Part shown: in pieces, positions 61,127 to 64,000 of the stretch
Numbering within the stretch: position 1 is the first letter of the stretch
Layout: the number at the start of each line of letters is the position of its first letter
Assembly: GCA_028020825.1 (NCBI GenBank)
Contig: CM051622.1
Coordinates: forward strand, 17,952,261-18,016,260
Direction: 5' to 3'
DNA: 64,000 nucleotides
Origin: Podargus strigoides
Lineage: Eukaryota
Made by a program: the position numbers and the translations under genes
Notes under the pieces: model-generated
Told to the model about the DNA's origin: nothing
Database searches by the model: none
The model's input: the letters and a program-made list of their open reading frames with translations, nothing else

Positions 61127-64000
61127 TCTGAAAGTAAACATAGTTTTCATGGTCAACCTATCATTCTTAGAACTTAAAACATTCCTATTTACTCCATGAA
61201 AATAAAGACTTTCAAGTTTCAAAACTTTCCATTGATTACAAAAATATTCAAAGAATAAAGTTAACTGTACTCCCGTTTTTGTAAAATCAAATGGAATAAG
61301 TTCAATATAGCAATGCTGTACATTTTTGCATAATGCTAAAGGCTAAATATCACAAGTTTAATTTATCAGATGCAATCTAAAGCTCCCAAATAGTTACGTG
61401 ATCAATTGCAAATGAATCCATCTTCATTTTTTTTTTTCATTAATAAGAAGCCATATATTTGCATTTTAACTGTAAATAAAAAGGTCTTATTGCAGTATTG
61501 CCTAAAGGTCGTGGTTCAAGAATACAGTCAGTCTGGCTTCACAACTTCCGAACACTTGTGTTGATTGGAAACCAAGCTCTAATGTATTATATTATGGCAT
61601 ATGAACTCAATCTGCCAGTTCACCTTTGTTCAAATCATTTTGACTTAACTTGGTGGTGGTACATTTTTTGATAAATTATATTATGCTATCACTACGTCAG
61701 TTCAGATATTGACCATCCTTTTGAAACCAGCATAAAAAATGGAGTATCAACATAAACTATATAACATGCCAAATTGATTCAAATTCAGTTGATGCTCAGT
61801 TACCCAACAGAAGAGTTCTGACATCACTGATCACAAACCACGGCCTGCTGTGAAACAATACTCAAAAGACAGTACCCAGAGTGGCAAAAATCATCACTTG
61901 GGGAAAACAAAGTACATCTGTCAGAGATAATTCCATGGTATTTTAGTATTACTGTTTACCTCTAAAGGATGAAATAGAAACAAACTCATAGTTCAAAACA
62001 AAAAGTAATGAAACCTGTATCAAATATTTTTCTCATGAATTTTCTGCAAGAATGTTAATGTATATTCCACTCCTGAGTGAACACAGGTGTGCTGAGAATA
62101 AGCATATGCAAAAAAATTTACCTGATTCTGAAAATCATTCCACTTAACGATTTAAAAGTATAAGTTCAGACTCCCTTTGAAAGCAATTCCATATACTAGG
62201 CAACTGAATCAGCCTTGGTAAAAGCAACCTTTAAACTGAAATATTCATCAAATCGGAATACATTCATAGTATTTTTAAGATTTCACAAAACTCCTTTTTG
62301 TTCAATCATGTTTGACATGCTAAGCATGAGTCTTCTATCTTCACACACTTAAAGCAAGACACCAATATCTGACAGAACAGTCAATAGTTTTGTAAAAATA
62401 TCTTAATATGGGAAATTGTCGTACGATACATAACAAAAGGCTCTCAGGTCAGTAACTTTATTTCTCACAACTGATATGAACCTAGAAAATGAACTTAGCA
62501 TAAGAAGTTATACACTATTTTCTAAAGGATATGGCTTAGCGTGGAGAGGAAAAGTAAGGCTTCTAACTAAAAGACAAAGGCAGTTTTAAGGTCCAGCTAT
62601 GAAAGGCTGTTGATGAATCACTAAGGACCTCTTCTTCTGACCCTAGAACCCATGTTAAACCTTTATAAAAGAACACACAACTACTTTGTCAGACCTTTCA
62701 CAGTAATGTCAACTGACATGTAATACCAGCAGCCCTATTAGGATCAATCATACCCACAAATTGATACCAATGAGTTAGTCACAAATTCAGCTTACAATCT
62801 TGTGGATCTTAGTCTGCTTTTACACCTCAGCCCTGACACAAAGAAGCAGAAGGAAAAGTGGTATATGATCCCTAATGTCAATCCCTAGCCCAAAGGGTAG
62901 AAAAGCATCGCAGCTACCAGTCTACATCAATCAGACTGTGCATGCACACATACGTGCATATGTGCGTGTGTGAAAACAGGGTAAGTCACAAACAGCTGTG
63001 AGATACTCTTTAGCTACAAGAAAAAGTACCAGATTTTGGATTACTGCATGTAACTTACTCGATATATCAGGTTCAACTGCAAGTTGGTGCGTGTTTTTGT
63101 TAATGTGGAATGTGCCACCTAAGGCAGGGACAAGTACAATAGCAGCTAGACAAGGATGCTAAGTACAGCGCTATAGAGCTGTATTATTTCATAGAACTTA
63201 ACACGTTTTCTTTATGAAGGACAAGAAGCATTGGCAAGCTATAACATACACGTCTTTTTAAAAGCACACTACACTTCTTCCTAGCAATAAGCCACTGTTC
63301 TTTCTCAGCCTGAACTGCTACCAGTCTTCAGTTAACAAGTACAACAAAAACGAGGGGTAGAACCTGTGATTTTTACTTTTCGTCTAGTCTAACCTTTGCA
63401 ACAAAAACCCCCATGAAGTAATTATTTGCCATTTTGTATCTTTAACTTTGATGTTGAATTATTATCATATAAACATTTCTGTTACAGACTCAAGATCCAT
63501 AAGTGTGCCTTATGATCTCTGCTTGTTAATCTACCAACATGCCTACAAGAATTGTTATTCCTGCTGTTGCACGTTCACAACTTATCCTTTTGAACTTTCA
63601 GCATGAGCTAATTCATCTATACGGTTAGCATGGAACCAGCAAATTTAAGATAAATCCTCTGTCAGAGAAAATAATGAATTTCAAACGTTAACTGACAGCA
63701 CACATCATTATGAAATTAAATGCTTGCCATATTAACTATAAAAACATGCACTTAAATAATTTGCCAAAATCTGTATTTGCAGGAGTCCAGATGGTAAAAA
63801 AACCATCAGTTCTACCACACACACATTGTGCCCTCACATACTTATTATGTGAGCATAAACAAGTTATTGCAGGTAAGTTAGGTCAACTATTCCATGGGTT
63901 TTGCCCACAGTATGACAGAGAAAGGAATACCAACAGGTAGTTATGATAGATTAGCCAAACCAGTGCTGGCTGACATTCCAGCCCACCCGAGAACTTCTTT

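Noticed and set aside
1-64000. Expectation of a prokaryotic-style novel system (operon, CRISPR array or defence island).
   Set aside because: The sequence is clearly eukaryotic: spliced exons with GT-AG introns, vertebrate genes (MPHOSPH8 and a DBHS protein), CR1 LINEs and microsatellites. It has no dense co-oriented ORF arrays, no Shine-Dalgarno-organised genes and no CRISPR repeats.

Overview
This window is vertebrate nuclear DNA, almost certainly from a bird or other sauropsid. It has long AT-rich introns with GT-AG splice boundaries and many CR1 (chicken repeat 1) LINE fragments whose 3' tails carry the typical ATTCTGTG-type octamer repeats and GGTCCCTTCCAAC motif. Two protein-coding genes are recognisable by exon-level similarity to known proteins, and they converge on each other. 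MPHOSPH8 (M-phase phosphoprotein 8, MPP8) runs on the + strand from about 3.1 to 23.2 kb in 12 phase-consistent exons: a chromodomain, a long Lys/Glu/Ser-rich exon, four ankyrin repeats and the conserved C-terminus ...VKLLIGAYRVQLQ*. Its N-terminal exon or exons were not found and are probably upstream of the window. A DBHS-family gene on the - strand, most consistent with PSPC1 by sequence and by conserved synteny with human 13q12.11, contributes at least three 3' coding exons at 53.3 to 61.1 kb, ending ...[13 protein letters not shown]. The roughly 30 kb between the two stop codons, and the MPHOSPH8 introns, contain at least nine CR1 fragments on both strands, several simple repeats and an LTR-like block. 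I see no prokaryotic-style operons, CRISPR arrays or defence systems, so an exciting undescribed system is not supported by the sequence. The most unusual item is a CR1 copy at 19.8 to 20.9 kb whose internal segments are permuted with microhomology at the junctions, suggesting reverse-transcriptase template switching. All exon calls rest on my reading of splice sites, reading-frame continuity and remembered protein sequences. No database search was possible.
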